From positions 160,001-224,000 of the forward strand of contig CAVZLN010000003.1 of the NCBI GenBank assembly GCA_963776245.1: a DNA stretch of 64,000 bases, read 5' to 3'. This stretch comes from Candidatus Eiseniibacteriota bacterium (lineage in GTDB: Bacteria; Eisenbacteria; RBG-16-71-46). Made by a program: the position numbers and the translations under genes. Numbering within the stretch: position 1 is the stretch's first letter; the number at the start of each line of letters is the position of its first letter. Shown piece by piece: positions 50,391 through 59,429 of the stretch. The notes beneath the pieces were generated by a model. The model saw nothing but the letters and a program-made list of their open reading frames with translations. It was not told the origin of the DNA and made no database searches.

Positions 50391-51431
50391 TCAGCGCCCG
50401 CCCATGTCCAGCCCGGACTCCTCCAGCGCCGCCACCGCGTCGAGCTCGGGATCCTCGGCCGCGCCGCGCTCGAGCATCCAGGCGCCGAGCTGGGCGATCA
50501 TCGCGGCGTTGTCGGCGCACAGGCGCGGCGAGGGCACCCGCAGCGCCACGCCGGCGCGCGCGCAGGTCTCGGCGAGCCGGGCCCGCAGCGCGCGGTTGCA
50601 GGACACCCCGCCGCCGAGATTGAGCGCGCGCGCGTTGACCGACTCCACCGCCTTCATGGTGCGGGTCACGAGCGTGTCCACCACCGCGGCCTGGAACGAC
50701 GCGGCGACGTCGGCGACCAGGGTCGCGGGCCACGGCGGGACGCCGTGGGCACCGAGGACGTTCACCACCGCGGTCTTGAGGCCCGAGAATGAGAAGTCGA
50801 AGCCGGGCCGGTCGAGCATCGGGCGCGGGAGGTCGAAGGCCTTCGCGTTCCCCTCCGGGCTCAGGCGGTCGATCGCCGGACCGCCGGGGAAGCCGAGGCC
50901 GAGCAGCTTGGCCACCTTGTCGAACGCTTCGCCGGCGGCGTCGTCGCGAGTGCTGCCCATCCACCGGTACTCGCCCACGCCGTGCACCTCGACCAGCTCG
51001 GTGTGGCCGCCCGATACCACCAGCGCCACCGCCGGCCACGGGGAGGGCCCGTGCTCGAGCGTGCCGGCGTGCAGGTGCGCTTCGACGTGGTTGACCCCCA
51101 CCACCGGGATGCCGAGCGCGAGCCCGTAGGCCCGGGCGAAGGCCACCCCCACCACCAGCGACCCGATCAGCCCGGGCGCGCGCGTGACCGCGATGGCGGT
51201 CAGCTCGCCGGGCGCCACGCCCGCTTCGGCGAGCGCCCGCGCGACCATCGGCGGCAGGTGTTCGAGGTGCGCGCGCGAGGCCAGCTCGGGCACCACGCCG
51301 CCGTACAGGCGGTGCACGTCCTGGGCGGCGATCAGATGGGCACGCAGGCGCGTGCCGTGCTCCAGCACCGCGACGCTGGTGTCGTCGCACGAGGTCTCGA
51401 GGCCGAGCACCAGCCGGGCGGCTTCGCTCAC
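50391..51431 (-). CDS. tsaD: tRNA N6-threonylcarbamoyladenosine synthase subunit
   Basis: LGLETSCDDT, YGGVVPELASRAH, NHVEAH, VSGGHT, DDAAGEAFDKVA, FSFSGLKT, GGVSCN, CADNAAMIA. Confidence 0.96.
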   Translation of the reverse strand: MSEAARLVLGLETSCDDTSVAVLEHGTRLRAHLIAAQDVHRLYGGVVPELASRAHLEHLPPMVARALAEAGVAPGELTAIAVTRAPGLIGSLVVGVAFARAYGLALGIPVVGVNHVEAHLHAGTLEHGPSPWPAVALVVSGGHTELVEVHGVGEYRWMGSTRDDAAGEAFDKVAKLLGLGFPGGPAIDRLSPEGNAKAFDLPRPMLDRPGFDFSFSGLKTAVVNVLGAHGVPPWPATLVADVAASFQAAVVDTLVTRTMKAVESVNARALNLGGGVSCNRALRARLAETCARAGVALRVPSPRLCADNAAMIAQLGAWMLERGAAEDPELDAVAALEESGLDMGGR

Positions 51432-51757
51432 GGCTCGACCGGCGCGAGCGCGGCTTCCAGCCACGCCATGTACTTCGGCGCGCCGGCGGCGATGCGCACC
51501 GCCACGCACTCGGGGGTGTCGTACGGATGCAGCTCGTGCAGGCGCGACAGGAGCGCGGTCCAGTCCTGCTTGCGGGTCTTGAGCAGCACCACCACCTCGC
51601 GCGCGTCGGCCACCTCGCCCTGCCAGCGGTAGAGCGAGCGGGCGCCCGGCAGCAGATTGCCGCACGCGGCCAGCCGCTCCTCGACCAGCGCCTTCACGAC
51701 CCGCGCGGCGTCGTCCTCGTTCGCGAAGGTGGTGAACACCATCAGCATCTCCGTCAT
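51428..51757 (-). CDS. cutA: Divalent-cation tolerance protein CutA
   Basis: LVEERLAACGN, SLYRWQG, LLKT, LHPYDTPE. Confidence 0.93.
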   Translation of the reverse strand: MTEMLMVFTTFANEDDAARVVKALVEERLAACGNLLPGARSLYRWQGEVADAREVVVLLKTRKQDWTALLSRLHELHPYDTPECVAVRIAAGAPKYMAWLEAALAPVEP

Positions 51758-51776
51758 GGGCGTCCTCCCTGCGGCA

Positions 51777-52604
51777 CTAACGCACCCCCACCACCACCGC
51801 CAGCCACCCCGACTGCTGCTCGAAGCGCGCGCGCTGGCGGTACACCTCGTCGGGCGCATGGCGCCGCTCGTCCCAGCCCTCGACGTACACCTGCACCTCG
51901 GCGAACCCGGCCTCGAGCATCGCGTCGCGCACCTCGGGCAGCGTCCACATGCGCCAGTCGTAGGTGTACGCCCGCTCGATCGCGCGGCCGTCGCGCAGCC
52001 GGAAGTGGATGTGGCAGACCAGCCGGTGGTCGATGGGGTTGAACGACACCTGCTCCCACACGTACGTGAAGCCGGGCACGCGCTCCCCGTCGGGCCCCCG
52101 GGAGGCGGCGATGCGCCGGGTCTCGGTGAGTGGCCCCATCGCGTCGCTGCCGCCGAACGCGTTCGCGAACAGCAGCCCGCCGGGCGCCAGGCCCCGCCGG
52201 GCCGCGCGGAAGTACTCCACCAGCGCCGGGCGCTGGTGGAACACCCAGTACGAGAAGTTCATCGCACACACCACGTCCACCCGTGGCACGCGCGCGCGCC
52301 GCGCGTCGGCGCGCACCAGCGTGACGCGCCGGCCGGCCTCCCGCATGCGCGCCAGGTGGTGCGCGCGCGACCACTCGAGCGTCACGCGGTCGAGATCCAC
52401 GCCCCACGCCCGGTGCTCCGGCGCGCGCGCCGCCCACGCGCAGGAGAGCGCCGCGGTGCCGCAGAAGTCCTCCCGGAAGCGCGTGAAGCGGCCGCCCCGG
52501 ACGCGCCGGTACACGCGGGCGAAGAAGTCGAGGTCGTACTCCACGCCCTGCACCGAGGCTTCGTAGAGCACGTGGCGGTCGGGGATCGGGGTGCGGCTGG
52601 GCAT
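51777..52604 (-). CDS. Class I SAM-dependent methyltransferase
   Basis: LYEASVQ, REDFCGTA, GVDLD, VRADA, AMNFSY, GLAPGGL, YDWRMW. Confidence 0.8.
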   Translation of the reverse strand: MPSRTPIPDRHVLYEASVQGVEYDLDFFARVYRRVRGGRFTRFREDFCGTAALSCAWAARAPEHRAWGVDLDRVTLEWSRAHHLARMREAGRRVTLVRADARRARVPRVDVVCAMNFSYWVFHQRPALVEYFRAARRGLAPGGLLFANAFGGSDAMGPLTETRRIAASRGPDGERVPGFTYVWEQVSFNPIDHRLVCHIHFRLRDGRAIERAYTYDWRMWTLPEVRDAMLEAGFAEVQVYVEGWDERRHAPDEVYRQRARFEQQSGWLAVVVGVR

Positions 52605-52784
52605 GGCGCTCCGGCTCCGGGTTCGGACAGCCCTCATCGGCCGCGCACCGTACAACGGGCCGCCTCGCCGGGGAAAACGCACGCCGCGGGCCCGCAGGCC
52701 CGCGGCGTGTCCCGGTGGATCGGGAGGGACGGTGCCGAGGTGGACCGCGGCGCGGCGCCCCGGATGGGACGCCGCGCGCAGGAC

Positions 52785-53027
52785 TTACTTCCCGGTCGCC
52801 GGCTTCTGCTCTTCCTTCTTCTCCTCGACCTTCTTGGCGACCTTGCGCTTGGCATGTCGCTTGGCGTGCATCTTCATCTCACCCGACTTGGCCGGCGTGG
52901 TCTGCGCCGGGGCGCTCTTCGCCGGAGCCGGCGCCGGGGCCGGCGACTCCTCCGCGAACGCGAACAGCGGCAGCGTGAAGGCCATCACGAGTGCGACCAG
53001 GACGGCGACCGACAGACGGGACTTCAT
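52785..53027 (-). CDS. Small secreted Lys/Ala/Pro-rich low-complexity protein
   Basis: 80 aa. Signal peptide MKSRLSVAVLVALVMAFTLPLFAFA, AAGGA RBS, KMHAKRHAKRKVAKK basic patch. Confidence 0.7.
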   Translation of the reverse strand: MKSRLSVAVLVALVMAFTLPLFAFAEESPAPAPAPAKSAPAQTTPAKSGEMKMHAKRHAKRKVAKKVEEKKEEQKPATGK

Positions 53028-53124
53028 GGGTTCCTTCTCCTCTGGATGGGGAGGGCGGATGCCTGGGAGCCGTCGTGCCCTCCGACGCCGACGGCTCCCG
53101 GTTCACTCGGGACCCCGCTCGCGG

Positions 53125-53538
53125 CTACTTCTGCTTCGCGATCACGTGGGGCGCCAGCTGCGCGTACTGCGCCCGGTTCACCAGCCCCCGGGTGAGCAGC
53201 TCGCTCTTGGTCTTGAACGGCCGCCCGGCCACGATCTTGGTCGCGATGGCCTCGCCGATGCCGGGGGTCTTCATGAGTTCGTCGCGGGTGGCGGAGTTGA
53301 GATCCAGCTTCGCCGCCTCGCCGACGGATCCGGCCACCTTCGGCGCCGCGGCCGGCTTCGCTCCGGGGGAAGTGGCCGCCGGAGCCGTGGTCCGGGGGGC
53401 CATGACCTTGGTCGGCGCGGCCGCGGGCGAAGCGGCCGCCGCCTTCATGCTGGGAGCGGTGGTCGTCGCGGCGAGCACCGGGGTCGCGGAGACGAGCACC
53501 ACCAGCGCGAGCGCGCCGAGGGACGTGAGACGCTTCAT
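53125..53538 (-). CDS. Secreted helix-hairpin-helix (ComEA-like) DNA-binding protein
   Basis: Signal peptide, Ala/Pro linker, KLDLNSATRDELMKTPGIGEAIATKIVAGRPFKTKSEL. GGAGG RBS. Confidence 0.88.
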   Translation of the reverse strand: MKRLTSLGALALVVLVSATPVLAATTTAPSMKAAAASPAAAPTKVMAPRTTAPAATSPGAKPAAAPKVAGSVGEAAKLDLNSATRDELMKTPGIGEAIATKIVAGRPFKTKSELLTRGLVNRAQYAQLAPHVIAKQK

Positions 53539-54242
53539 CGGATACCTCCAGAAGGGGGCACGGGTACGCCTGCCGCCGCGCCCCCCGGGCGCACGGCAGG
53601 AGTGCGGCCAGGCCGCACCGGGGAGAGCGCCGCGCGCCGTGTCCCGCAACGGCGCGGGAACGGCGGGCGGACGAGGGAGACGCGCGAGCGCCGCGGCGCG
53701 GGAAGCGCTGCCGGCGTGCGTTCGGCGACGATGGGTCGTGGGGTCGGGGCGGGTGCGGAGGCGCGCGCCGCGGAGAGGTGGGCGCACGCGAGGGTGCCGA
53801 GGGGGTGGGTCGAGGTGGGGCTCGCGCGCGGCGGTCCGCGCTCGGACTCCCGCAGTTCCATCGGCTCATCGTGGCTCAGGTTCAGGTCCCGCATCAGCAG
53901 GCCCATCCCACGCTCGTCGCGGGGGGCCTGGATCGACGCCAGCACGGCGAAGCGCGCGTCCTCCCGCGGGGTGCGATGGTGCACGCGCGCCCCCCCGGCG
54001 GCGCGATGGCGCTGCGGCACGGGTCGCGCGGGCGCGGGCACCGCGGGCCGGCTCGAGGCGTTGGCGGCGCGCCGACCGTGGTGCGCGCGCGCGTGCCCGG
54101 CGCGGGGATGGGAGCGGGCGGCCGCGATGCGCGTGGACCGCGCGCCGGCATGGCCGGGCTCGCCGGGCGACGCGCCCGCGCCGCTCGCCTGGACAGCGAG
54201 TGCGAGGACCACGAAGATGGCGAGGCGTAGGAACGTTCGCAT
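53535..54242 (-). CDS. Hypothetical protein with signal peptide and internal RGPP motif
   Basis: MRTFLRLAIFVVLALAVQASG signal-like start, Arg/Ala/Pro/His-rich body, ERGPPRASP. Stop overlaps the next ATG (ATGA). Low complexity makes the coding status uncertain. Confidence 0.45.
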   Translation of the reverse strand: MRTFLRLAIFVVLALAVQASGAGASPGEPGHAGARSTRIAAARSHPRAGHARAHHGRRAANASSRPAVPAPARPVPQRHRAAGGARVHHRTPREDARFAVLASIQAPRDERGMGLLMRDLNLSHDEPMELRESERGPPRASPTSTHPLGTLACAHLSAARASAPAPTPRPIVAERTPAALPAPRRSRVSLVRPPFPRRCGTRRAALSPVRPGRTPAVRPGGAAAGVPVPPSGGIR

Positions 54243-54421
54243 GGAACCCGGGGTTGGCGCGCGCATCGGAGGTGCGGATGCAACGAGCGCATGGTCGGAT
54301 CCGGACTGCCCTGTCACGCTTGCCTTGGATGCCAGTCTCCCACCGCCGGTGCGGGAGCGCATCACCCATGTCTCCGGCGGGAGGCAAAATCTCTGTGAAA
54401 CGCGCCCGACCTTCCGGACGC

Positions 54422-55288
54422 ATGCTCTCCACGCTCGCGGCGGCCCTCGCGCTCGCCAGCGGGCTGGCGTTCCCCACCGGCGCCGCCGACAGCGGCGGCT
54501 CGTGCCTGCGCACCGAGATGATCGCCCCCACCCTCGGCGGCAGGACGCGCACCGTGCGACTGTATCTGCCGCCCTCCTACGCCGCTCCCGGGGCCGCGGA
54601 CCGGCGTTATCCGGTGGTGTACATGCTCCACGGCTGGCCCGGCTCCGACGGCAACTGGGTCAGCATGGGGCACGCCTGCGAGACCGCGGACGCGATGATC
54701 GCCGCCGGCGAGATCCCCGAGGTCATCCTGGTGTTCCCCAACGGCGCCGGGCCGGGGCTGCTCGGGCGCTCGATGTGGATGGATTCCTACGACGGCGCGG
54801 CCAGGCTCGAGCACTTCGTGGCCCATGACCTGGTGGCGTGGACGGACTCGCTCTACCGCACCCGGCGCGAGCCGCGCGACCGCGCCGTGATCGGGCTCTC
54901 GGATGGCGGGACCGGAGCCTTCAACGTGGTGTTCCACCACCCGGACGTGTTCGGCGCGTGCGCCAGCCACAGCGGCGAGTTCCGCGTGACGCGCAGCCTG
55001 GGAGATGGCGCCATCGTGGGCCCGCAGCCCGGCGCCGCCGCGTTCCTGGCGCGCAACAGCCCCGCGGCGTACGTGGACGGGATGGTCGCGCGCGCGAAGG
55101 AACTGTCGATCTACTTCGACTGCGGCACGCGCGACGAGTCGCTCGCCGACAACCGCGCGTTCCACCAGCAGCTGGACTCCCTCGGGGTGCCGCACACCTA
55201 CCGTGAGTTCCCCGGCTCGCACGACTGGCACTACTGGCGCGAGCACCTGCACCAGTCGCTGGCCGCGGTGACGCAGCGGATGCGGTGA
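54422..55288 (+). CDS. Secreted alpha/beta-hydrolase, Esterase (Fes/antigen-85-like) family
   Basis: LYLPPSY, RYPVVYMLHG, ILVFPNG, RAVIGLSDGG (GxSxG), YFDCGTRD, FPGSHDWHYW. Alternative GTG start at 54395. Confidence 0.88.
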   Translation: MLSTLAAALALASGLAFPTGAADSGGSCLRTEMIAPTLGGRTRTVRLYLPPSYAAPGAADRRYPVVYMLHGWPGSDGNWVSMGHACETADAMIAAGEIPEVILVFPNGAGPGLLGRSMWMDSYDGAARLEHFVAHDLVAWTDSLYRTRREPRDRAVIGLSDGGTGAFNVVFHHPDVFGACASHSGEFRVTRSLGDGAIVGPQPGAAAFLARNSPAAYVDGMVARAKELSIYFDCGTRDESLADNRAFHQQLDSLGVPHTYREFPGSHDWHYWREHLHQSLAAVTQRMR

Positions 55289-55307
55289 GCGGCTGCGCGA
55301 AGGTCCC

Positions 55308-57218
55308 TCAGGCCGGCTGGCGCCGCCGGCCGTGGGCCGGGCCGCTCCGGTCCTGCGCCGTCATCATCTGGCGGAAATAGCCCTCGACCTCCAGCAGCTC
55401 CGCCGGCGCGCCGTCCTGCTCGATGCGCCCGGAGCGCAGCACGAGCACCCGGTCGACGTCGGTGAGCATGCTGCGTCGGTGGGCCACCACGATCGTGGTG
55501 CGCCCCGTGGCGATGGTCTCGAGCGCCTCCTTCACCGCCTCCTCGGTCTTGAAGTCGAGGTTGGCGGTGGCCTCGTCGAGCAGCAGCACGGTGGGCCGCG
55601 CGAGGAACGCCCGCGCCAGCAGCACGCGCTGGCGCTCGCCCATCGAGAGCTCCACCCCGCGCTCGCCGATCGGGGTCGCGAGCCCCTCGGGCAGGCGCTC
55701 GAGCAGCGGCCCGAGCCCGGCGAGGCGCGCCGCCTCGGCCACCTCGGCGTCGGTCGCCGGCTGGCGCGCGTAGCGGATGTTCTCGGCCACCGTCATCCGG
55801 AACAGCATGCCGTCCGCCGCCACCCCGCGCACCGCCTCGCGCAGGGACGATGGCGACACCGCGTCGAGGCGCTGGCCGTCGATGAGGATGGCCCCGGAGT
55901 CCGGGACGTAGAGCCCGATGAGCAGATCGGTGACGGTGGTCTTGCCGGCGCCCGACGGCCCCACCAGGCCCACCCGCTCGCCCGCGCGGATGCGGAACGA
56001 CACGCCGTCGAGCACGCGGCGCTTCGGGGTGTAGCCGAACACGACGTCCTCGAACACGATCTCGCCGCCCCGCGGCACGAACGCCGGCCGCTCCTCGCCG
56101 GGCGCGGTCGCGGTCTCGAGGAGACGCTGGGAGCGCTTGAGGCTCGACAGGTGCTCCTGGAGCCCGGTGTAGAGCTCGGTGAGGTTCTCGATCGGCGCGT
56201 ACACCTGGTCGAGGTAGGCGACGAACAGCACGACGTCGCCGGGGGTGAGCTGGTGCTGGAGTGCCTTGATGCCGCCCAGCAGCAGCGCCGCGGCCTTGGA
56301 CACCGTGGCGATGCCCTCTTGCACGAAGGCGTAGCGGTTGAGCATGCGGGCGCGCTGCACGTAGGTCTCGAACGCGCGCTCGCTGGCCTCGTCGAGTTGG
56401 CGCTCCTCCCAGGCGGCGGCGCCGTGGGTGATGACGGTCTTGATCCCGGCGACCGACTGCTGGATGCGGCTCGAGACCTCGTCCCACAGGCCGTAGTACT
56501 GCTCGAGCTGGGTCTCGAGGCGGCGCGCCATGCGCCATGTCACGAGCGCGTACACCGGCACCGCGATGAACGTGACGAGCGCGAGCGCGCGATTGAGCGA
56601 CGCCATGATCCCGAGGATGGCGACGAGGCGGAAGAAGTCGGGCCAGAACTCCTGCGCGAAGGTGGTGAACACCGGGGCGACGTGGTCGCTCTGGTCGATC
56701 TGGCGCGCGACCGCACCGCTCGCCCGGCGCCCGAAGAAATCGAGCGGCAGGCGCAGGACGTGACGGAAGGTGCGCAGGATGTAGCCGCGTTCGATGTCGC
56801 TCGACAGCCGCGTCGAGCGGTTGTCGCCGCGCAGCTGGAACAGCTCCGACAGCAGTCGGGTCACCAGCAGCAGGCACGCGCCGAGGATCACGGTGGCCAC
56901 TGCCTGCGGCGCGGTGCGCGCCGGCAGCCGGCGGGGTCCGGCGTGGTCGGGCTTCAGGCGCTGGAGCGGCGCGTGGAAGATGCGCCGGCCGCTCTTCTCG
57001 AAATGGCCCACCGACGAGCCGACGTGCTCGAAGAACCGCTCGGCCTCGGTCACCGGCCGGGGCGCCACGAACACGCCGGCGATGTCGTCGACGATGGCGC
57101 GATAGATCCACGGCTCGAACAGCGAGGCCACGGTGCCGAGCGAGACCAGCAACGCCACCCACACGAACGCGCGGATGCGTCCGCGCGCGAGCGCGAGGAT
57201 GGCGAGGAGCGAGCGCAT
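55308..57218 (-). CDS. ABC exporter, fused TMD plus ATP-binding domain (MsbA/ATM1-like)
   Basis: Six TM segments, LPLDFF, Walker A GPSGAGKTT, LSMGERQR, LLLDEATANLD, VAHR. Confidence 0.9.
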   Translation of the reverse strand: MRSLLAILALARGRIRAFVWVALLVSLGTVASLFEPWIYRAIVDDIAGVFVAPRPVTEAERFFEHVGSSVGHFEKSGRRIFHAPLQRLKPDHAGPRRLPARTAPQAVATVILGACLLLVTRLLSELFQLRGDNRSTRLSSDIERGYILRTFRHVLRLPLDFFGRRASGAVARQIDQSDHVAPVFTTFAQEFWPDFFRLVAILGIMASLNRALALVTFIAVPVYALVTWRMARRLETQLEQYYGLWDEVSSRIQQSVAGIKTVITHGAAAWEERQLDEASERAFETYVQRARMLNRYAFVQEGIATVSKAAALLLGGIKALQHQLTPGDVVLFVAYLDQVYAPIENLTELYTGLQEHLSSLKRSQRLLETATAPGEERPAFVPRGGEIVFEDVVFGYTPKRRVLDGVSFRIRAGERVGLVGPSGAGKTTVTDLLIGLYVPDSGAILIDGQRLDAVSPSSLREAVRGVAADGMLFRMTVAENIRYARQPATDAEVAEAARLAGLGPLLERLPEGLATPIGERGVELSMGERQRVLLARAFLARPTVLLLDEATANLDFKTEEAVKEALETIATGRTTIVVAHRRSMLTDVDRVLVLRSGRIEQDGAPAELLEVEGYFRQMMTAQDRSGPAHGRRRQPA

Positions 57219-57252
57219 GGACCGGCGCGGCGAAGGCGGCCCGGAGGCCGGC

Positions 57253-58212
57253 CTAGCCGGGCGACTCCTCGCTGCGGGGCTTCTCCTCGGGCGGCGGCGG
57301 CGGCGGCAGCCGGGCGATGCGTTCGCGCACCGGCCGCGCCTCGGCCGCCCGGCCGGCGCGCTCGAGCATGCGCGCGTACTCCCGCAGCACGTCGGCATCC
57401 CCGGGCTCCAGCCGCGCGGCGCGCGCCAGCTGCGCCAGCGCCTCCGGAGCGCGGCCGGTCTGCTCGAGCAGCAGTGCCAGATCGTAGCGCGACATCGCGT
57501 CGAGCGAGTCGAGCGCGAGCGCGCGGCGGTACTCCGCCTCGGCCTCCTTGTGGCGGCCCTGGTCGGCGTAGAGGTTGCCGAGATGGATGTGCGGGTCGTC
57601 GCTCTTCGGGTCGAGCGTCACCGCCTCCCGGAACGCGTCCTCCGCCTCGCGCGCGCGGCGGGCGCCGACCAGGAACAACCCGTAGGAATCGAGCGTGGCC
57701 GCGCGCGGGGGGTCGCGGTGGGCGCGCTTCTGCATCTGGAGCAGGTAGAGGAAGTCGCTCTCGCGCAGGCCCTCCGGGTTCGCGAGGCCCCAGGTCGGGT
57801 CCGCGCTCACCTGCGCCACGCGCGCCTCGAGCCGCAGCTGCTCGATGTCGAGCCGCCGGTTCTCGGACAGCTCGAAGCCCTTCGCGAACGTCTCCTCGGC
57901 GAGCCGGTAGCGTCCCGCGTCCATGAAGTCCCGGCCCAGTTCCACGTAGCGCTGGATGACCTGGCGCGACTGCACCCGGTCCCATTGATCCTGGAGCGAG
58001 GGCAGGAAGAAGGCGAGCAGGGTGACCCCCGCGCTCGCCGCCCCCGCGAGCCACGGCTGCAATCGCTTCCAGCGGGAGGGCTCGCGACGGGACTCGAGTT
58101 CCTCGACCAGCACCTCGACCAGCATCTCGCGGACACCCGGCTCGTGGATGAGCCGGCGCAGCTCATCGGCGTCGGGAGGCGGCCCGGGCGGCGTGGTGGT
58201 GGGATCGGCCAT
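57253..58212 (-). CDS. Membrane-anchored TPR protein
   Basis: One TM segment (WLAGAASAGVTLLAFFLPSL), TPRs (HIHLGNLYADQGRHKEAEAEYRRALALD). TGCTATCCT lies 9 nt upstream, suggesting a nearly leaderless transcript. Confidence 0.82.
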   Translation of the reverse strand: MADPTTTPPGPPPDADELRRLIHEPGVREMLVEVLVEELESRREPSRWKRLQPWLAGAASAGVTLLAFFLPSLQDQWDRVQSRQVIQRYVELGRDFMDAGRYRLAEETFAKGFELSENRRLDIEQLRLEARVAQVSADPTWGLANPEGLRESDFLYLLQMQKRAHRDPPRAATLDSYGLFLVGARRAREAEDAFREAVTLDPKSDDPHIHLGNLYADQGRHKEAEAEYRRALALDSLDAMSRYDLALLLEQTGRAPEALAQLARAARLEPGDADVLREYARMLERAGRAAEARPVRERIARLPPPPPPEEKPRSEESPG

Positions 58213-58313
58213 ACGCGCCGGAGGATAGCACCTCCGCCGCGTCCGTCCCCCAGCGTCGCGCCCACGGAGGGGCCCGCGAGCCGGCCGTCGGACCGGCGGA
58301 GCGGTCGCCCGCG

Positions 58314-58343
58314 TGGACGCGCGACGGACCGCTCCTCTATATT
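58314..58343 (+). promoter_or_regulatory. Putative sigma70 promoter for the P-loop protein gene
   Basis: TGGACG-N18-TATATT, 73 nt upstream of ATG 58417. Confidence 0.5.
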
Positions 58344-58416
58344 CCGCCTCCCGGCCATCCTCGGGCCGGGACCGAGCGTCCCCCCCGACCCCACCCCAGC
58401 ACCTGGCGAGACCGAT

Positions 58417-59406
58417 ATGGCCCAAGTGATCGATGTGCTCCTGCTGCTCGCGCTGCCCGCCTCCGGCAAGTCCGAGGTGCGGCGCTACCTCGCGAGCCTC
58501 ACCCCCGAGCAGTGCCGGGACGAGCTCCATCTGGGTCCGACGGTGCAGCTCGACGACTACCCGTACGTCCACATGATGCGGCGCGTCAGCCAGGAGTTGA
58601 GCGCGCTCGGACGGGACGGCGTGTTCTTCGATTCGAACGAACTGCCGATGAAGGAAGGCCGCGACTGGGGCACGCTGGTGGAGCTGATCAACGAGGACTT
58701 CGACGATCTCGTGCACCGCCGCAAGGCCGCGCCCGCGTCGGCGGCCGCGTGGCTGCTCGATCGCTACGACGCCGCGCGCGAGAAGAGCGGCGCCGATCCG
58801 GCGTTCCGCAAGCTCCCGGCCGAGGTGCGGACGAAGCTGGTCGCCGCGCTCGAACCGGAGGCGCGGGAGCTGGTGGCCGAGAAGAACGCCGGCATCCCCG
58901 ACTCGCTCGCCGGTCGCACCGTGGTCATCGAGATGGCGCGCGGCGGGCCGGATGGGGCCGTGCCTCCGCTGCCCGCCCCGCTCGGTTATCAGTACACCCT
59001 CGCCACGCTCGGCGACGCCATCCTGTCGCGGGCCTCCATCCTGTACGTGTGGGTCACGCCCGAGGAGTCGCGCCGCAAGAACACCGAGCGCGCCAAGCCG
59101 GGCCCCGCCGGCGACCAGTCGATCCTGCACCACGGCGTGCCGATCGCGGTGATGCTCGGCGACTACGGCACGGACGATATGGACTGGCTGATCCAGAGCA
59201 GCGGCCGGCCGGACACCGTCAAGGTCGTGACGCGCGGCAGGACCTACATGGTCCCGGTGGGCCGTTTCGACAATCGCACCGACAAGACCACGTTCGTGCG
59301 CGAGGAGCGGCAGAAGTGGCCCGCGGCGAGCGTGAAGGCGCTGCACGAGGGACTGGCGGGCGCGCTCGCGCGCATCGCCGCCGCCGGCGCGCCGATGAAG
59401 GACTGA
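58417..59406 (+). CDS. Hypothetical P-loop NTPase/kinase-like protein
   Basis: N-terminal VLLLLALPASGKSE (Walker A variant), VQLDDY, VVIEMARG, ILYVWVTPEESRRKN (NMP-kinase-like lid pattern), FDN. Confidence 0.7.
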   Translation: MAQVIDVLLLLALPASGKSEVRRYLASLTPEQCRDELHLGPTVQLDDYPYVHMMRRVSQELSALGRDGVFFDSNELPMKEGRDWGTLVELINEDFDDLVHRRKAAPASAAAWLLDRYDAAREKSGADPAFRKLPAEVRTKLVAALEPEARELVAEKNAGIPDSLAGRTVVIEMARGGPDGAVPPLPAPLGYQYTLATLGDAILSRASILYVWVTPEESRRKNTERAKPGPAGDQSILHHGVPIAVMLGDYGTDDMDWLIQSSGRPDTVKVVTRGRTYMVPVGRFDNRTDKTTFVREERQKWPAASVKALHEGLAGALARIAAAGAPMKD

Positions 59407-59429
59407 GGCGCCCCGCAAGCGTCCTCATC

